DNA from: a virus
Lineage: Duplodnaviria; Caudoviricetes
Virus record (IMG/VR): IMGVR_UViG_3300036884_000265
Coordinates: 1 to 59,395 of that record
Strand: one strand, 5' to 3'
DNA: 59,395 nt
Translations under genes and position numbers: made by a program
Shown here: piece after piece, positions 19,790 to 29,342 of the stretch
Layout of the letters: each line of letters starts with the position of its first letter
How positions within the stretch are numbered: position 1 is the first letter of the stretch
The notes under the pieces: model-generated
Databases searched by the model: none
What the model was told of the DNA's origin: nothing
Seen by the model: only the letters and a program-made list of their open reading frames with translations

Positions 19790-22126
19790 TTACATACCTC
19801 CTTGATTAGGTAAGTTACCTTGTTGAGGTTGTTGAGTTTGATCAATTTGTTGAGGTGAGGCTATTTGCCGCTGAGAACCTTGACCTTGATCATCTTGTGC
19901 ATCCTCATTATCAGCACCAAGTTTTTTAGATTCCTTAATAATCTCATCAGCAGCTTCAGCAATTGCAGGATTCATTTGTATACCTGAAGCAACTTCCAAT
20001 GCCTTAAGATATCCTTCAAGTTCCTTAACTGTTGAATCAACTTTATCCTTAATTGCTTTTGAACTTTCAGTTGATGCCTTACCTTCAGTAACTTTCAACT
20101 TAGCCTCAAGTAACTTCATATTAATCATCTGCATCATTTGTTCTTGCTGCTCTTTCTTCTGATCTGCTTGTTGTGCTTGTTTTTGTTCATCAGGATTCAT
20201 CTCACTAAATGGTGCATGTTGTTTATTTATCTTACGGATACGTGCAACCAAATCAGATTTTAGTGGACCAAGATCATCCATGAACTCAACAACTAAGTCA
20301 AGCATGGCAATTGCAACTTGAGGAGCTGTTTTCGTAAGATACATTGTAATTTCAGTTAATGTTGATAACATTGAAGCCCTAACGGACTCACGATAATCAC
20401 GCTTTCCAATAATAAAACGTGCCTTAGCTTTCGTAATTGGATTTAAAATTGTCCCATCATCTTGCGGCTTATTGATTGACTTAAACTCAGGTTTATTCTT
20501 ATCCGTCCCGGTTATTATTTCTTCCTCAGCATCATGAAATTGTTCAATTAAGGCCAAACGAACTTCACCAATTAATTGTAAGCCAAAATAATAATTATCG
20601 AATAAAACACCTGAGGTTATTTGCGTCCCTTCCTTAAGTGAAGTTAACGCCGTACCTGAGATTTCTTTTTTAGATTCAGCAACTTGAGGATCAACATGGC
20701 CTGCAATTGAATGAATGAAACGCTCATCATCATGAGCCATGTTTAAGTGTGCCTGACTCAAATCTAAATTCTTAACGAACTCAAGTTTTTTCCCAACATT
20801 ATATTCAATATATCCATCAGGACGACTTGCCTCATTCATTGTTTCTTGCTTATTATCCGTTGCACCCTTTTCAGCTATAATCTGATTTGAAGCCATAAGA
20901 AACAATGCTCTTGACCTTCGTTTATTAAGATCAATTTGTGGATCTCTCAAGTCCCGAATAACACCATAAGGCATATTATCCCGTTCTCTTACATAACACC
21001 ATATTGGAATTAATGTAAATTCCCAGTGATTATACGGGCTTAATATATCCTTAAGATAAACATTACCACACCAATAAGCCATTCTTACAATCATTTTAAG
21101 TGATTCAGTTGTATTAAAATATCCATTATTAACTAAGTAATCCTGATCTGCATTACCTTTACGATAAACTGTCCCATCAAGGGAACCCCAAGGAATTGAT
21201 TTATCAACTAATCTAAGTATTTTAACCTTAGCTGGCATACGATATTGGCACTCAACTATTCTAACACGTTCCCTTAATGTTTCACCACGAGGAGAAAACA
21301 TTGAGTCTAATTGCCCCTCAACATCAAATTCAGAAGCCGGATCACTTAAAATAATATCATCAGGATTATAAGGATACAATGCATTAACATGGGCAGATAA
21401 TGTTTTTAAATCTTCTGCCCTATCCTCAAACATTGTCTGAGCAATATCTAAATCAATCCATTTTTCTCTTATAACAAACCGAGACATTTTGCGCATTAAT
21501 CCAACACTTAAATGATCAAACCAAACATTTCTCCATTTTTCATTTCTTATGTAAATTGGAGAATCTTCTTGGTTCCTTGCCCCAACATCAACCCAGCCTA
21601 CACCTGCCTTAACTGCTGAAGCAAATGCATTAGAAATAACATACTCAGAATGATTTATATCTGAATCAAACTTAAATATTTCAGTCTTAAGTTTTGCATC
21701 CTGAGCTTCTTCATCTCCCTTATTCCTTGGTGTAATGTTAAAATCAACCCTTATCTTCTTCTCGGTTCCAAGTAACCAATTAATTGTATCCTTAATAACA
21801 TTGAAGGTTAAGATAGGCTGTCTTCGTTCTTGTAATACATTAATATCTTCAATACTCATTTGTATTGAGTCATAAAAATCTTCATCAATTGCCATTTCCA
21901 TACGATTGTTTGCTTGTTGTATTCTTGCTTGTTGCCGGAATGTTTGTAAGTTTGCAAGACGTTGCTGCCATTTTTCATGATCAAGAACTGCACCATGAGC
22001 CTTCATAATTGTTAATGAAGGAGTTTCATTCTTAGATTCACTTAGTGATCCAGAATGAACAGGAGCATTAAAATTTGAACTTCTATCCTTAACTCCAACA
22101 ACTACTTTATTATCTAAAACACTCAT
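19790..22126 (-). CDS. Portal protein (P22/N4-like podovirus type)
   Basis: 778 aa; DFYD..Q, N.I...INW..G.E, G.GW, PYGVIRDLRDPQ..LNKRRS, SG.A motifs; Q-rich C-terminal barrel region. Confidence 0.9.
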   Translation of the reverse strand: MSVLDNKVVVGVKDRSSNFNAPVHSGSLSESKNETPSLTIMKAHGAVLDHEKWQQRLANLQTFRQQARIQQANNRMEMAIDEDFYDSIQMSIEDINVLQERRQPILTFNVIKDTINWLLGTEKKIRVDFNITPRNKGDEEAQDAKLKTEIFKFDSDINHSEYVISNAFASAVKAGVGWVDVGARNQEDSPIYIRNEKWRNVWFDHLSVGLMRKMSRFVIREKWIDLDIAQTMFEDRAEDLKTLSAHVNALYPYNPDDIILSDPASEFDVEGQLDSMFSPRGETLRERVRIVECQYRMPAKVKILRLVDKSIPWGSLDGTVYRKGNADQDYLVNNGYFNTTESLKMIVRMAYWCGNVYLKDILSPYNHWEFTLIPIWCYVRERDNMPYGVIRDLRDPQIDLNKRRSRALFLMASNQIIAEKGATDNKQETMNEASRPDGYIEYNVGKKLEFVKNLDLSQAHLNMAHDDERFIHSIAGHVDPQVAESKKEISGTALTSLKEGTQITSGVLFDNYYFGLQLIGEVRLALIEQFHDAEEEIITGTDKNKPEFKSINKPQDDGTILNPITKAKARFIIGKRDYRESVRASMLSTLTEITMYLTKTAPQVAIAMLDLVVEFMDDLGPLKSDLVARIRKINKQHAPFSEMNPDEQKQAQQADQKKEQQEQMMQMINMKLLEAKLKVTEGKASTESSKAIKDKVDSTVKELEGYLKALEVASGIQMNPAIAEAADEIIKESKKLGADNEDAQDDQGQGSQRQIASPQQIDQTQQPQQGNLPNQGGM

Positions 22127-22749
22127 TAATTCACCGTTGCATCAAAACGTTCTTCAATTAATTCACTCTCAGGAATAATCCAATCACCTGAATATATTTT
22201 AGTTGAACCATCATAAAGTGCCATTCCTCCGGCTAAATACTTATTATCAGGAATTGCCATTGGTGCATTTTTAAGATCATCCAAGGAATCTTCAATAAAT
22301 AATAATAATTGACAAGCGGCCTGAGGTACTGGTTGAATATCAAACATCTGCATACATTTAGCTAAGTTATATCCTGTAACTAATAAAATGTTATTTGTCT
22401 TACATAATACCTCAGCAAACATTAAACATGCAAGATCTGCATTAGACTTAAATATCCTATCCCTTGTTAAGATACCAACTCCCTTACCAAGTTGCATACG
22501 ATCATTAAGAAGTTCTTCCTTAAGCTCAGTAAAACGAATTGCATCCATTGTAATTAACTTAGGATCAGTATATTGAAGAAATGGATTAACATATTTATGC
22601 ATTGCGCTTAATGCAATAATAAATGAAGTTCCTTGAAAACGGGAAGAATGTTCATTTATTATATACAATGCAGGTTCATAATCCTTATCACTTCCTGCAA
22701 CATTAACATGACCAATAACTTTAGAAATTCCGTTTAAGTAAGTAAGCAT
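22126..22749 (-). CDS. Hypothetical protein upstream of portal
   Basis: 207 aa ORF coupled to the portal start. Confidence 0.7.
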   Translation of the reverse strand: MLTYLNGISKVIGHVNVAGSDKDYEPALYIINEHSSRFQGTSFIIALSAMHKYVNPFLQYTDPKLITMDAIRFTELKEELLNDRMQLGKGVGILTRDRIFKSNADLACLMFAEVLCKTNNILLVTGYNLAKCMQMFDIQPVPQAACQLLLFIEDSLDDLKNAPMAIPDNKYLAGGMALYDGSTKIYSGDWIIPESELIEERFDATVN

Positions 22750-22761
22750 AATGATGACCCC

Positions 22762-22911
22762 TTATTTTTTTCCTTTAATTGAATCCTGTTTTTCCTTTTC
22801 TTTTTTCTTTGCAATTTCTTTATTAATGCGCTGAACTTCAGGATCAGCCTTTCCTTCTTCTTCTAATTGTTTTAAATAACCTTCAAACCCTCCAAGTTGT
22901 CTTGGCATCAT
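22762..22911 (-). CDS. Small basic hypothetical protein (49 aa)
   Basis: Hand-translated MMPRQLGGFEGYLKQLEEEGKADPEVQRINKKIAKKKEKEKQDSIKGKK; AGAGGA RBS; fills the gap. Confidence 0.6.
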   Translation of the reverse strand: MMPRQLGGFEGYLKQLEEEGKADPEVQRINKEIAKKKEKEKQDSIKGKK

Positions 22912-22940
22912 ATCCTCTTTTTAATCTTAAATTAAAATAA

Positions 22941-22970
22941 TTAAATATCGTAATCATTACGCTAATCTTA
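22941..22970 (+). repeat. Dispersed palindromic element copy 4 (core CGTAATCATTACG 22949-22961)
   Basis: ttaaatatCGTAATCATTACGctaatctta, immediately after the TerL stop. Confidence 0.9.
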
Positions 22971-22971
22971 C

Positions 22972-24642
22972 TCATGCTGAAATCCAAGACCCCTTTTCCT
23001 TTCCTCTCCAAGTTAAACCACCCTTATTCTTCTTCTCAGTTGGAATGTAAATACCAATACGTTGAGCAGCTAATATTGCATAATTAAGTGAATGACGATA
23101 ATGATCTGCGCCTAATTTGCGGTAATGATATTCTTTTGAGCCCGTTTCCCGGTTCTCCTCAAGTACCTTAGCAATGTTACACATTTGTTTAACCCACTCA
23201 TCAATTTCACCTGACCTACGTGGAATACTAAGTTTCCCCTTGGTCATACACATTGTATGAGTTAAGTCACATATCTCAGTTCGATTAATGCGCACGATAC
23301 CATCAACAACATCCCAGGATGCAGGACCACGTTGATGTTCTTGATAAATGCATCCGTAAACATCAAATGATTCAGCTTCACGAAATGAACGAACTTCCTG
23401 TTGAACTGGCGCAAAGTCAATCACGCAACACTGAACATTATATTGTTTAGCCAAGTCATGTATGGGCGTGAAGTCAGTCATCTTCTTCGACCCCACCTCA
23501 ACTACCTTAACAATGTTAAAGGACTTTTCAGTTGGCCTATCAACAATTGTTATATGAAGGTTATTACCAACATCTACACCCATAGCACATGGCCCTTCAT
23601 GACTTAACGGGCTTGGTTCAGTTGAACATAATGGCCACAAGTCATGTTCTTGAAGGCGATTTTCAGCAGCAATATATGCCATACCTAATTTTGAATTATA
23701 AACTTCTTGAATGTTTCCGTTAGGAGGATTTAAAAATAACTGAAGCAATTTCCAAGGATCAATAAATTTTGAGTTTAACTGAGAAATCCACCAACCTGCA
23801 TTGTTTTTACGTGAAGGATACTGAGCGCACCATTTACCATCATGAGGGAAAATTTCCTTCTTACATTTCCTACATAAGCGCATACCTGAACCATCTTCAT
23901 GTTGTGTAATACACTCAGGAAATTCTACCTCAAGACAAGTCCATTCATTACAATGTTTACACTTAATCATCCACAATCTTTGGTCAGAATTTTGATATAA
24001 TTTGTCAATACCGAAGTCGGGAATTGATGGAGTACTTAAGTAAACCCTTTCCTGAATACTTGAGTGAGAAACACGTTCCAAGGCTAAATCAATCATCTTA
24101 GGATCCATTAAGTCACACTCATCAAATACAAGTTTATCAACCGGAATTGATCTTAATTTTGAAGAGTCCTTTTTTGAACCTGCAATGTCTGAAGTTCCTC
24201 TTGCTCCTCTTAAATATAACAATGATTTATTTATTCGCTTAATTGTTGTTGAATCAGTTGTGTGAACAAATTGTCCAATTGCTTCAAAATTATCAGAAAT
24301 TAAAGGCGCAAATCGTGCCTTGGAAAATTCAGATACATCATCAGCAGTTGGAAATAAATATAAAACACCTTGGATATATTTGTTATAAATTAAGCCATGA
24401 AGGGTTCTTAAAATCTCACATTCTGAGATACCAATTTGTGCCCCTTTCTTATTAATCCTCAATGTCTCAGGTGCATTAAGTATATCTACTTGATACTCAT
24501 GATCCTTAATTGAAAATGGGCCTGAAGGAAGCATGATTCCATTATGCTCAGCCCAGTACCAAGGTGAGTATTTTTCGACATCCTTAAGGCTTAGGTTTCT
24601 TACCTCATCATTAATTTCAAAAGCAGCATTTGACTGAATCAA
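22972..24642 (-). CDS. terL: Terminase large subunit, lambda gpA-like
   Basis: KGAQIGISE (Walker A), YLFPT, LRSIPVDKLVFDECD (Walker B), STP, SDQR.W...C..C zinc motif, MGVDVG nuclease motif, DHY.HS.NY. Confidence 0.92.
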   Translation of the reverse strand: MIQSNAAFEINDEVRNLSLKDVEKYSPWYWAEHNGIMLPSGPFSIKDHEYQVDILNAPETLRINKKGAQIGISECEILRTLHGLIYNKYIQGVLYLFPTADDVSEFSKARFAPLISDNFEAIGQFVHTTDSTTIKRINKSLLYLRGARGTSDIAGSKKDSSKLRSIPVDKLVFDECDLMDPKMIDLALERVSHSSIQERVYLSTPSIPDFGIDKLYQNSDQRLWMIKCKHCNEWTCLEVEFPECITQHEDGSGMRLCRKCKKEIFPHDGKWCAQYPSRKNNAGWWISQLNSKFIDPWKLLQLFLNPPNGNIQEVYNSKLGMAYIAAENRLQEHDLWPLCSTEPSPLSHEGPCAMGVDVGNNLHITIVDRPTEKSFNIVKVVEVGSKKMTDFTPIHDLAKQYNVQCCVIDFAPVQQEVRSFREAESFDVYGCIYQEHQRGPASWDVVDGIVRINRTEICDLTHTMCMTKGKLSIPRRSGEIDEWVKQMCNIAKVLEENRETGSKEYHYRKLGADHYRHSLNYAILAAQRIGIYIPTEKKNKGGLTWRGKEKGSWISA

Positions 24643-25074
24643 TTAGCCTTCCGGTTTCATTTCAATATCATTTTCAATTATTTCCTTAATCTTTTCATTT
24701 GCTAAATCTTCAGAAGCTTTTCTCAAAATTGCTTCCTCATCCGGTGTATATTCAGTACGCACACCATGAAGTGTCGAATCAAATTTTTCAGGGGCATAAT
24801 CTCCTCTTAACTTATGAGCATCCTGCCTTGCTTTTTGCCGTACATCCCAAGCAACAATATCACGATCACTAATTACTTCCCCTTGAAACGCAAAAAATTT
24901 CGTGTCCTTTGCTTCAAGTTCATCAAGGAGTTTCTTACCAAGCATCTCAGGAGTAATTCCAAGAGTATTCATTGCTTGTTGCATTGGAGTTAATAAATCC
25001 TTAATTGTTTCATCAAGACTCATATTACCATCATACTTAAGACTTTTTTTACCTAATTCATTTTGCTGAGACAT
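24643..25074 (-). CDS. terS: Putative terminase small subunit
   Basis: Directly upstream of TerL; helical, with 'VRQKARQDAHKLRGDY'. Confidence 0.6.
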   Translation of the reverse strand: MSQQNELGKKSLKYDGNMSLDETIKDLLTPMQQAMNTLGITPEMLGKKLLDELEAKDTKFFAFQGEVISDRDIVAWDVRQKARQDAHKLRGDYAPEKFDSTLHGVRTEYTPDEEAILRKASEDLANEKIKEIIENDIEMKPEG

Positions 25075-25636
25075 TATCTAATCTCCAGTTATGATTTAAT
25101 CCATAATAATATTTAACTAAGGCTGCCTTAAGTTGTGCTTCAAAAGCACACAACCTTCCATTAAGTGTAAAAATAAGATTATCAGCTTGAAGTTTAGGCA
25201 ACCATAAATTAACAAAAGTTGAATGGTCAATTCTTAAAAAACGATAAATATTTGCTTGTGTTTGTATTAAGTTATTAGGAATTTCAGGTATTGGTTGGTT
25301 ACGTAATTTAGCAATAAAAATGTCAAGAAGACTTTTAAATGAACAAGCAGTTCTCACGTTTCTTGATAGTTTTACAGGGCGTAAAACTTTATAAAAAACA
25401 TATCCACCTTTAACCAATAAATAAATTAATTTCTGAGAAGTTTTTCTTATTATTCTAACTAATGCACTGTCATACCCAAGATACTTAGAAATTGCAGCCC
25501 AACCAATAAGCATTGGTTCAGCTGATTTAAGTCCAATAAATTGATCTTCTTTAATACTACTAAATTTAGGCAAGGTAATTTCTTGCTTAATCATGAATAC
25601 CGTTCTTGAGTTTAAATTCGGGGTTAGTTCATTCAT
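25058..25636 (-). CDS. HTH DNA-binding protein (possible late regulator)
   Basis: LIGWAAISKYLG resembles the L.GWKEIA.YLG HTH; a second HTH-like segment QANIYRFLRID; first gene of the late arm. Confidence 0.55.
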   Translation of the reverse strand: MNELTPNLNSRTVFMIKQEITLPKFSSIKEDQFIGLKSAEPMLIGWAAISKYLGYDSALVRIIRKTSQKLIYLLVKGGYVFYKVLRPVKLSRNVRTACSFKSLLDIFIAKLRNQPIPEIPNNLIQTQANIYRFLRIDHSTFVNLWLPKLQADNLIFTLNGRLCAFEAQLKAALVKYYYGLNHNWRLDNVSAK

Positions 25637-25653
25637 TTTAGTTCTACATTATA

Positions 25654-25682
25654 ATGATATCATAATTAATCAAGGTTGTCAA
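25654..25682 (-). promoter_or_regulatory. sigma70-type promoter for the late arm
   Basis: TTGACA (25682-25677)-17 nt-TATCAT (25659-25654). Confidence 0.7.
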
Positions 25683-26208
25683 GGATTATTTTAAGGTTGT
25701 TTTCATGAAATGTTTATAATAAAAAAGTTTAAATTACTTAAAAAATGAAATTTTTTAAATTCGAGAAGACCATGATTAATTAAGATAAAATTCCGAACGG
25801 GATTAAGTTAGTGAGGAAGGAAGTTGGTGAGGGAGGGAGGTGAGTAAGGGTTTCCCCATACCCGTATCGGACAGGTGGGGTTCAATTTCCCCTTACGGGG
25901 TACGGGTGGGGCTTAACTTTGTCGTACCCAAGTATCCTGAATGTCTAACTAAGTTATTGAACGTACAACGTATCATCATTCATTATCTCAGTACAACAAC
26001 ATACATATTAATTAAGTAAATTGTTTTACTGAGTAAAACCGGAGGTCAGACTTTTGGAGGAGAAATGTTATTCGATGTATAACTCAGTCATGTATGAACG
26101 TGGCATGTATGTTGCAAGTAATTTTACTGGCAAATAATCCATTGCATAATTTATGCCAAGCTTTTTACATGTATAACATTTGTACTGCAAAGTTTTGCTC
26201 GAAACATA

Positions 26209-26237
26209 TTGACAATACTCCTGGCATGATTTATATT
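26209..26237 (+). promoter_or_regulatory. sigma70-type early promoter
   Basis: TTGACA-17 nt-TATATT. Confidence 0.7.
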
Positions 26238-26297
26238 ATATCATGGTTACATGGAATGATGATTTCATCAAATATAATTTAATCAGGAAGAAAACGC

Positions 26298-26326
26298 TTG
26301 ACAATTTCATTGACGTGTATTATAAT
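26298..26326 (+). promoter_or_regulatory. Consensus sigma70 early promoter
   Basis: TTGACA-17 nt-TATAAT, perfect consensus. Confidence 0.9.
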
Positions 26327-26373
26327 TATATCATGGAACGATGGAGTTAAATAAAAACCAAAGGAGAGTTAAA

Positions 26374-26586
26374 ATGATAACATTAATAAAACGTCATAAA
26401 ATACTTGATATGGTTGCAGTATCTTATCAGGAAAATGCCAGATGGAAAGAACAAGATGATAATCTGAGGAGAAAATACAAGAAAAAAATCGATGAAATTC
26501 CATATGAATTAGAAAAGTTATCCGCAGAACATTTATATGAAATTATCACGTGGATAATTAAATATCATGATGATAAGCAGGAATAA
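26374..26586 (+). CDS. Early hypothetical protein
   Basis: AAGGAG RBS before ATG 26374 (the track start at 26341 lacks an RBS). Confidence 0.7.
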   Translation: MITLIKRHKILDMVAVSYQENARWKEQDDNLRRKYKKKIDEIPYELEKLSAEHLYEIITWIIKYHDDKQE

Positions 26587-26646
26587 ACAAAGGCAACAAC
26601 GCCTTGCTCGTATGAGCTGGCTCAAAATTAATGAAGGAGTATCAAA

Positions 26647-27108
26647 ATGGAATTAAATGAGAATGCAGTGAAATTAACTAAGGAAAGTGCAAAATACAAT
26701 GTAGAAGAAAAATCGTTTTATGCTGGTGGTAACCTGATGAAGTACACATTCGATGGTGAAGCAGTAGACTTATTGAGTAATTCAGCAAAACGTTTACTCC
26801 TTATCGGAATTAGAAACACTGTAATTGACTCTTGCGCATCATTAACTAAGAAAGCAGGGTTTACAGATGAACAACGTCTTGTCCGTATGATGGAAACAAT
26901 GGCTTCATTGAATGATGGTAAAATTATTGAACACAAGGCGGAGAAGGCTCCTTCAGTTAAATTGTCAACCTTTGCAGATGTTGTTGGCCTTGATGAAATT
27001 AGGTTACTTGTTAAAATGCATGTTCCCTTGAATGTTGCGCAAAAAGCACTTCTTGAGAATACACTTGACAATGCAAAAATGGAAGATGATGAGGATAAAC
27101 AAATTTAA
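26647..27108 (+). CDS. Early hypothetical protein (possible distant paralog of 34433..34897)
   Basis: AAGGAG RBS; followed by a terminator. Confidence 0.8.
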   Translation: MELNENAVKLTKESAKYNVEEKSFYAGGNLMKYTFDGEAVDLLSNSAKRLLLIGIRNTVIDSCASLTKKAGFTDEQRLVRMMETMASLNDGKIIEHKAEKAPSVKLSTFADVVGLDEIRLLVKMHVPLNVAQKALLENTLDNAKMEDDEDKQI

Positions 27109-27123
27109 CGGTTGATTAATGGG

Positions 27124-27158
27124 AACGGGGTAATTCGTTCATGGATTGCCCCGTTTTA
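27124..27158 (+). terminator. Rho-independent terminator
   Basis: Stem aacggggtaattc/ggattgccccgtt followed by T residues. Confidence 0.75.
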
Positions 27159-27249
27159 GTGCATTTAATGGTCATGTGGTGATGTTTGTTTAGGGTAACA
27201 TGGATAATTGCATTGATGAAATTTCAATCAACGTCAAAATGGTTGTAAC

Positions 27250-27640
27250 ATATAAACGCCTAAACGCCTAAACAATATTTTATTCTACGGCACGTTTAAC
27301 ACCATGCAATTTTGTGCATAACATAATTCCCTTAGAGTATAACATTATCCTAAGATTAGCGTAATTATTACGCTATTTAACTTGGTTGTTTAACTCCTTA
27401 AGGGTATTTATACGTTGTATTTAATTGTTATATCATTATATTACATTGTATTCATTTATATGTATATATTATAATATATATAAATATATATATAAAAGTA
27501 TGACAAAAGACAAAGGGCGTTAAGCTTACATGATGTTCAGATGTTTAATGGAATAATGGAATGATGGGGCGGTTTTAAAATGGGTGTTTAGAAAAAAATA
27601 TTGTTTATCGGTTTAATGGTTTATATGTTTATATGTCACA
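27250..27640. other. Candidate replication origin: 8-bp repeats flanking an AT-rich core
   Basis: Non-coding. taaacgcc-taaacgcc-taaacaat on the left, (TA)-rich core at ~27430-27500, and oppositely oriented tcggttta-atggttta-tatgttta on the right. Confidence 0.45.
27351..27380 (-). repeat. Dispersed palindromic element copy 5 (core 27360-27372)
   Basis: taagattagCGTAATTATTACGctatttaa. Confidence 0.9.
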
Positions 27641-27659
27641 TAACACCTGAAAATAACTC

Positions 27660-27688
27660 TTGACAACCTTGTTGTTGTGGTGTATAAT
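27660..27688 (+). promoter_or_regulatory. Consensus sigma70 early promoter
   Basis: TTGACA-17 nt-TATAAT. Confidence 0.9.
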
Positions 27689-27718
27689 TATGTATAATAA
27701 ATAAATGGTAAATATAAC

Positions 27719-27913
27719 ATGAGAAATACTAAAAAGAAAAAAGAACATGATGAAGATGATTGTTGGAATTGGAAAGGAAATAAACTAAATCATGTTTCAA
27801 AAGGCTATTTAATAAATGATAAGGAAATAATATATATTTGTAATAATCCTGATTGTTGTAATCCTAATCATCTTAAAAAAGAGGAGGTGATTTTAAATGA
27901 AGAAGAAATTTAA
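27719..27913 (+). pseudogene. Degenerate / internally deleted HNH endonuclease
   Basis: CWNWKG...IIYICNNPDCCNPNHL: HNH_3-type ends are kept, the middle is lost, and the usual H before C.NP.C.NP.HL is Y. Confidence 0.55.
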
Positions 27914-28046
27914 ACAACAACTTAAGCATTATCGTTCAGGTTACTTAATGGATACAACTGATCCTCTTGACTTCGGTACATGTTTTGCCGTTGCATTCTC
28001 AGCCTTGTCAGGAAGGAAGCTTGAAGAAGTTCTTGGAGTTAAATAA
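27897..28046 (+). CDS. Small early protein (49 aa)
   Basis: Hand-translated MKKKFKQQLKHYRSGYLMDTTDPLDFGTCFAVAFSALSGRKLEEVLGVK; GGAGGTG RBS. Confidence 0.65.
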   Translation: MKKKFKQQLKHYRSGYLMDTTDPLDFGTCFAVAFSALSGRKLEEVLGVK

Positions 28047-28059
28047 GGAGAAATTAGAT

Positions 28060-28272
28060 ATGGAATTTGAAACGGTAGATAAGTACTGGGATTGTGAGTG
28101 TAAGACTAACTACATTCATTCTAAAGAAGTAGGAAACTTCTGTCCTATTTGCCAAGTAGTTGAATGGGATATGCCAGATGCAAGAAGTAATGAGTTATAC
28201 TTATATAATACTGAAAGAGACAAGGCAATCCATGTAGATCGAAACGAAAATGATGAAATGTTAAGCAAATAA
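28060..28272 (+). CDS. Small Cys-rich (zinc-binding) early protein
   Basis: Start moved to ATG 28060 (AAGGAG RBS); WDCEC..NYIH...CPIC...PD.R.NE. Confidence 0.75.
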   Translation: MEFETVDKYWDCECKTNYIHSKEVGNFCPICQVVEWDMPDARSNELYLYNTERDKAIHVDRNENDEMLSK

Positions 28273-28559
28273 TAAGGAGGATTTAAAATGCAATATAAAG
28301 TAATGAGAGAAGGCTTAAAAGTTATTGTACAAGATGATAATGGTATAAGAACATATGAATTTAAGGATGTTCAAAATGCCATGTTATTCAAGAAAATGTT
28401 AAAACGAGATTAACTTAACAAAAAACCTTAAGGAGGTTTAAAATGACAGTAAAAATCCGCTTACGTTCAGGTTGTATTCTTATAATTAAAAAATGGGCAA
28501 AACAACGGCTTCAAAAACTCAATCGTTTACATAAGGTTGTCTGGGTTAAGGAGGTTTAA

Positions 28560-28805
28560 ATGACATTAACTGAAGCAATTCAAACTGTTGAACTTAATTC
28601 GTTTTTAGACTTGGATGATAAGGTTATTAATCGTATTCAAGTTGAATGTTGGCATAAAACTCCCCTGAATGTTGCAATTTTAGATATATCAAAATGGGCT
28701 AAGGAACATAAGAATCCTGAGGTTAGGTTTTCGGTTGAGAAGATTAAACTTTTCCTTAAGGAAATTAGCTCAGGTCATTCATTAGTACCTTTAAAATTTA
28801 ATTAA
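28560..28805 (+). CDS. Early hypothetical protein
   Basis: AAGGAGG RBS, 81 aa. Confidence 0.75.
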   Translation: MTLTEAIQTVELNSFLDLDDKVINRIQVECWHKTPLNVAILDISKWAKEHKNPEVRFSVEKIKLFLKEISSGHSLVPLKFN

Positions 28806-28816
28806 GGAGGTTTAAT

Positions 28817-29080
28817 TTGAATAAATTAAATGAAGTTAAAAAACCAAGTGAAGAAGATATTCAAGATACATTAGATACAATTTTAAGTGATACAAGGTCA
28901 TATGCAACTTCTCTCAATTATGCAATGGGATATGTACGATATGCTAAAGGAATGACAGGAAGGGAACTTGAGGTTCAATGTATTTACATTTTAAATAATA
29001 TAAGTCATTGGAGGCATAAGGAAGCTAAAAATGTAAGGAATATATTGAAGCAATTTGCCGGTATCAAATTAATTTACTAA
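28817..29080 (+). CDS. Early hypothetical protein
   Basis: AAGGAGG RBS; QCIYILNNISHWRH..AK.VR..LK motif. Confidence 0.75.
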   Translation: MNKLNEVKKPSEEDIQDTLDTILSDTRSYATSLNYAMGYVRYAKGMTGRELEVQCIYILNNISHWRHKEAKNVRNILKQFAGIKLIY

Positions 29081-29099
29081 AATCTTAAGGAGACTAAAT

Positions 29100-29258
29100 A
29101 TGAAATGTTCTCAGTTAATTATAAAATTAAAAGAATTAAACGGAGAAGATGATTTAGACGTAAATCTTGAAAATGATAGAGGTGATGTTTTAAGTGACAT
29201 TGCTGATGTTATTCCAACTGAAGATAAAGATGGAGATGACGTCATATTAATTTACTAA
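29100..29258 (+). CDS. Small acidic early protein (52 aa)
   Basis: Hand-translated MKCSQLIIKLKEL...DVILIY; AAGGAG RBS. Confidence 0.6.
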   Translation: MKCSQLIIKLKELNGEDDLDVNLENDRGDVLSDIADVIPTEDKDGDDVILIY

Positions 29259-29320
29259 AATGTGAGAGGGGAGCCTAATGGCTCCTTAAACAACAGTCAG
29301 GTCTCAAGTCCTGACAATTT
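29256..29320 (+). ncRNA. Candidate twister self-cleaving ribozyme (circularly permuted, P5-type)
   Basis: tgt-GAGAG-gggagcc(taat)ggctcct-TAA-aca-AC-a-gtcagg(TCTCAAGT)cctgac. This gives L1 strands GAGAG and UAA and L4 UCUCAAGU, with both pseudoknot pairings complementary. P2 is only 3 bp. Confidence 0.6.
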
Positions 29321-29342
29321 AAAAACCTTAAGGAGGTTTATT

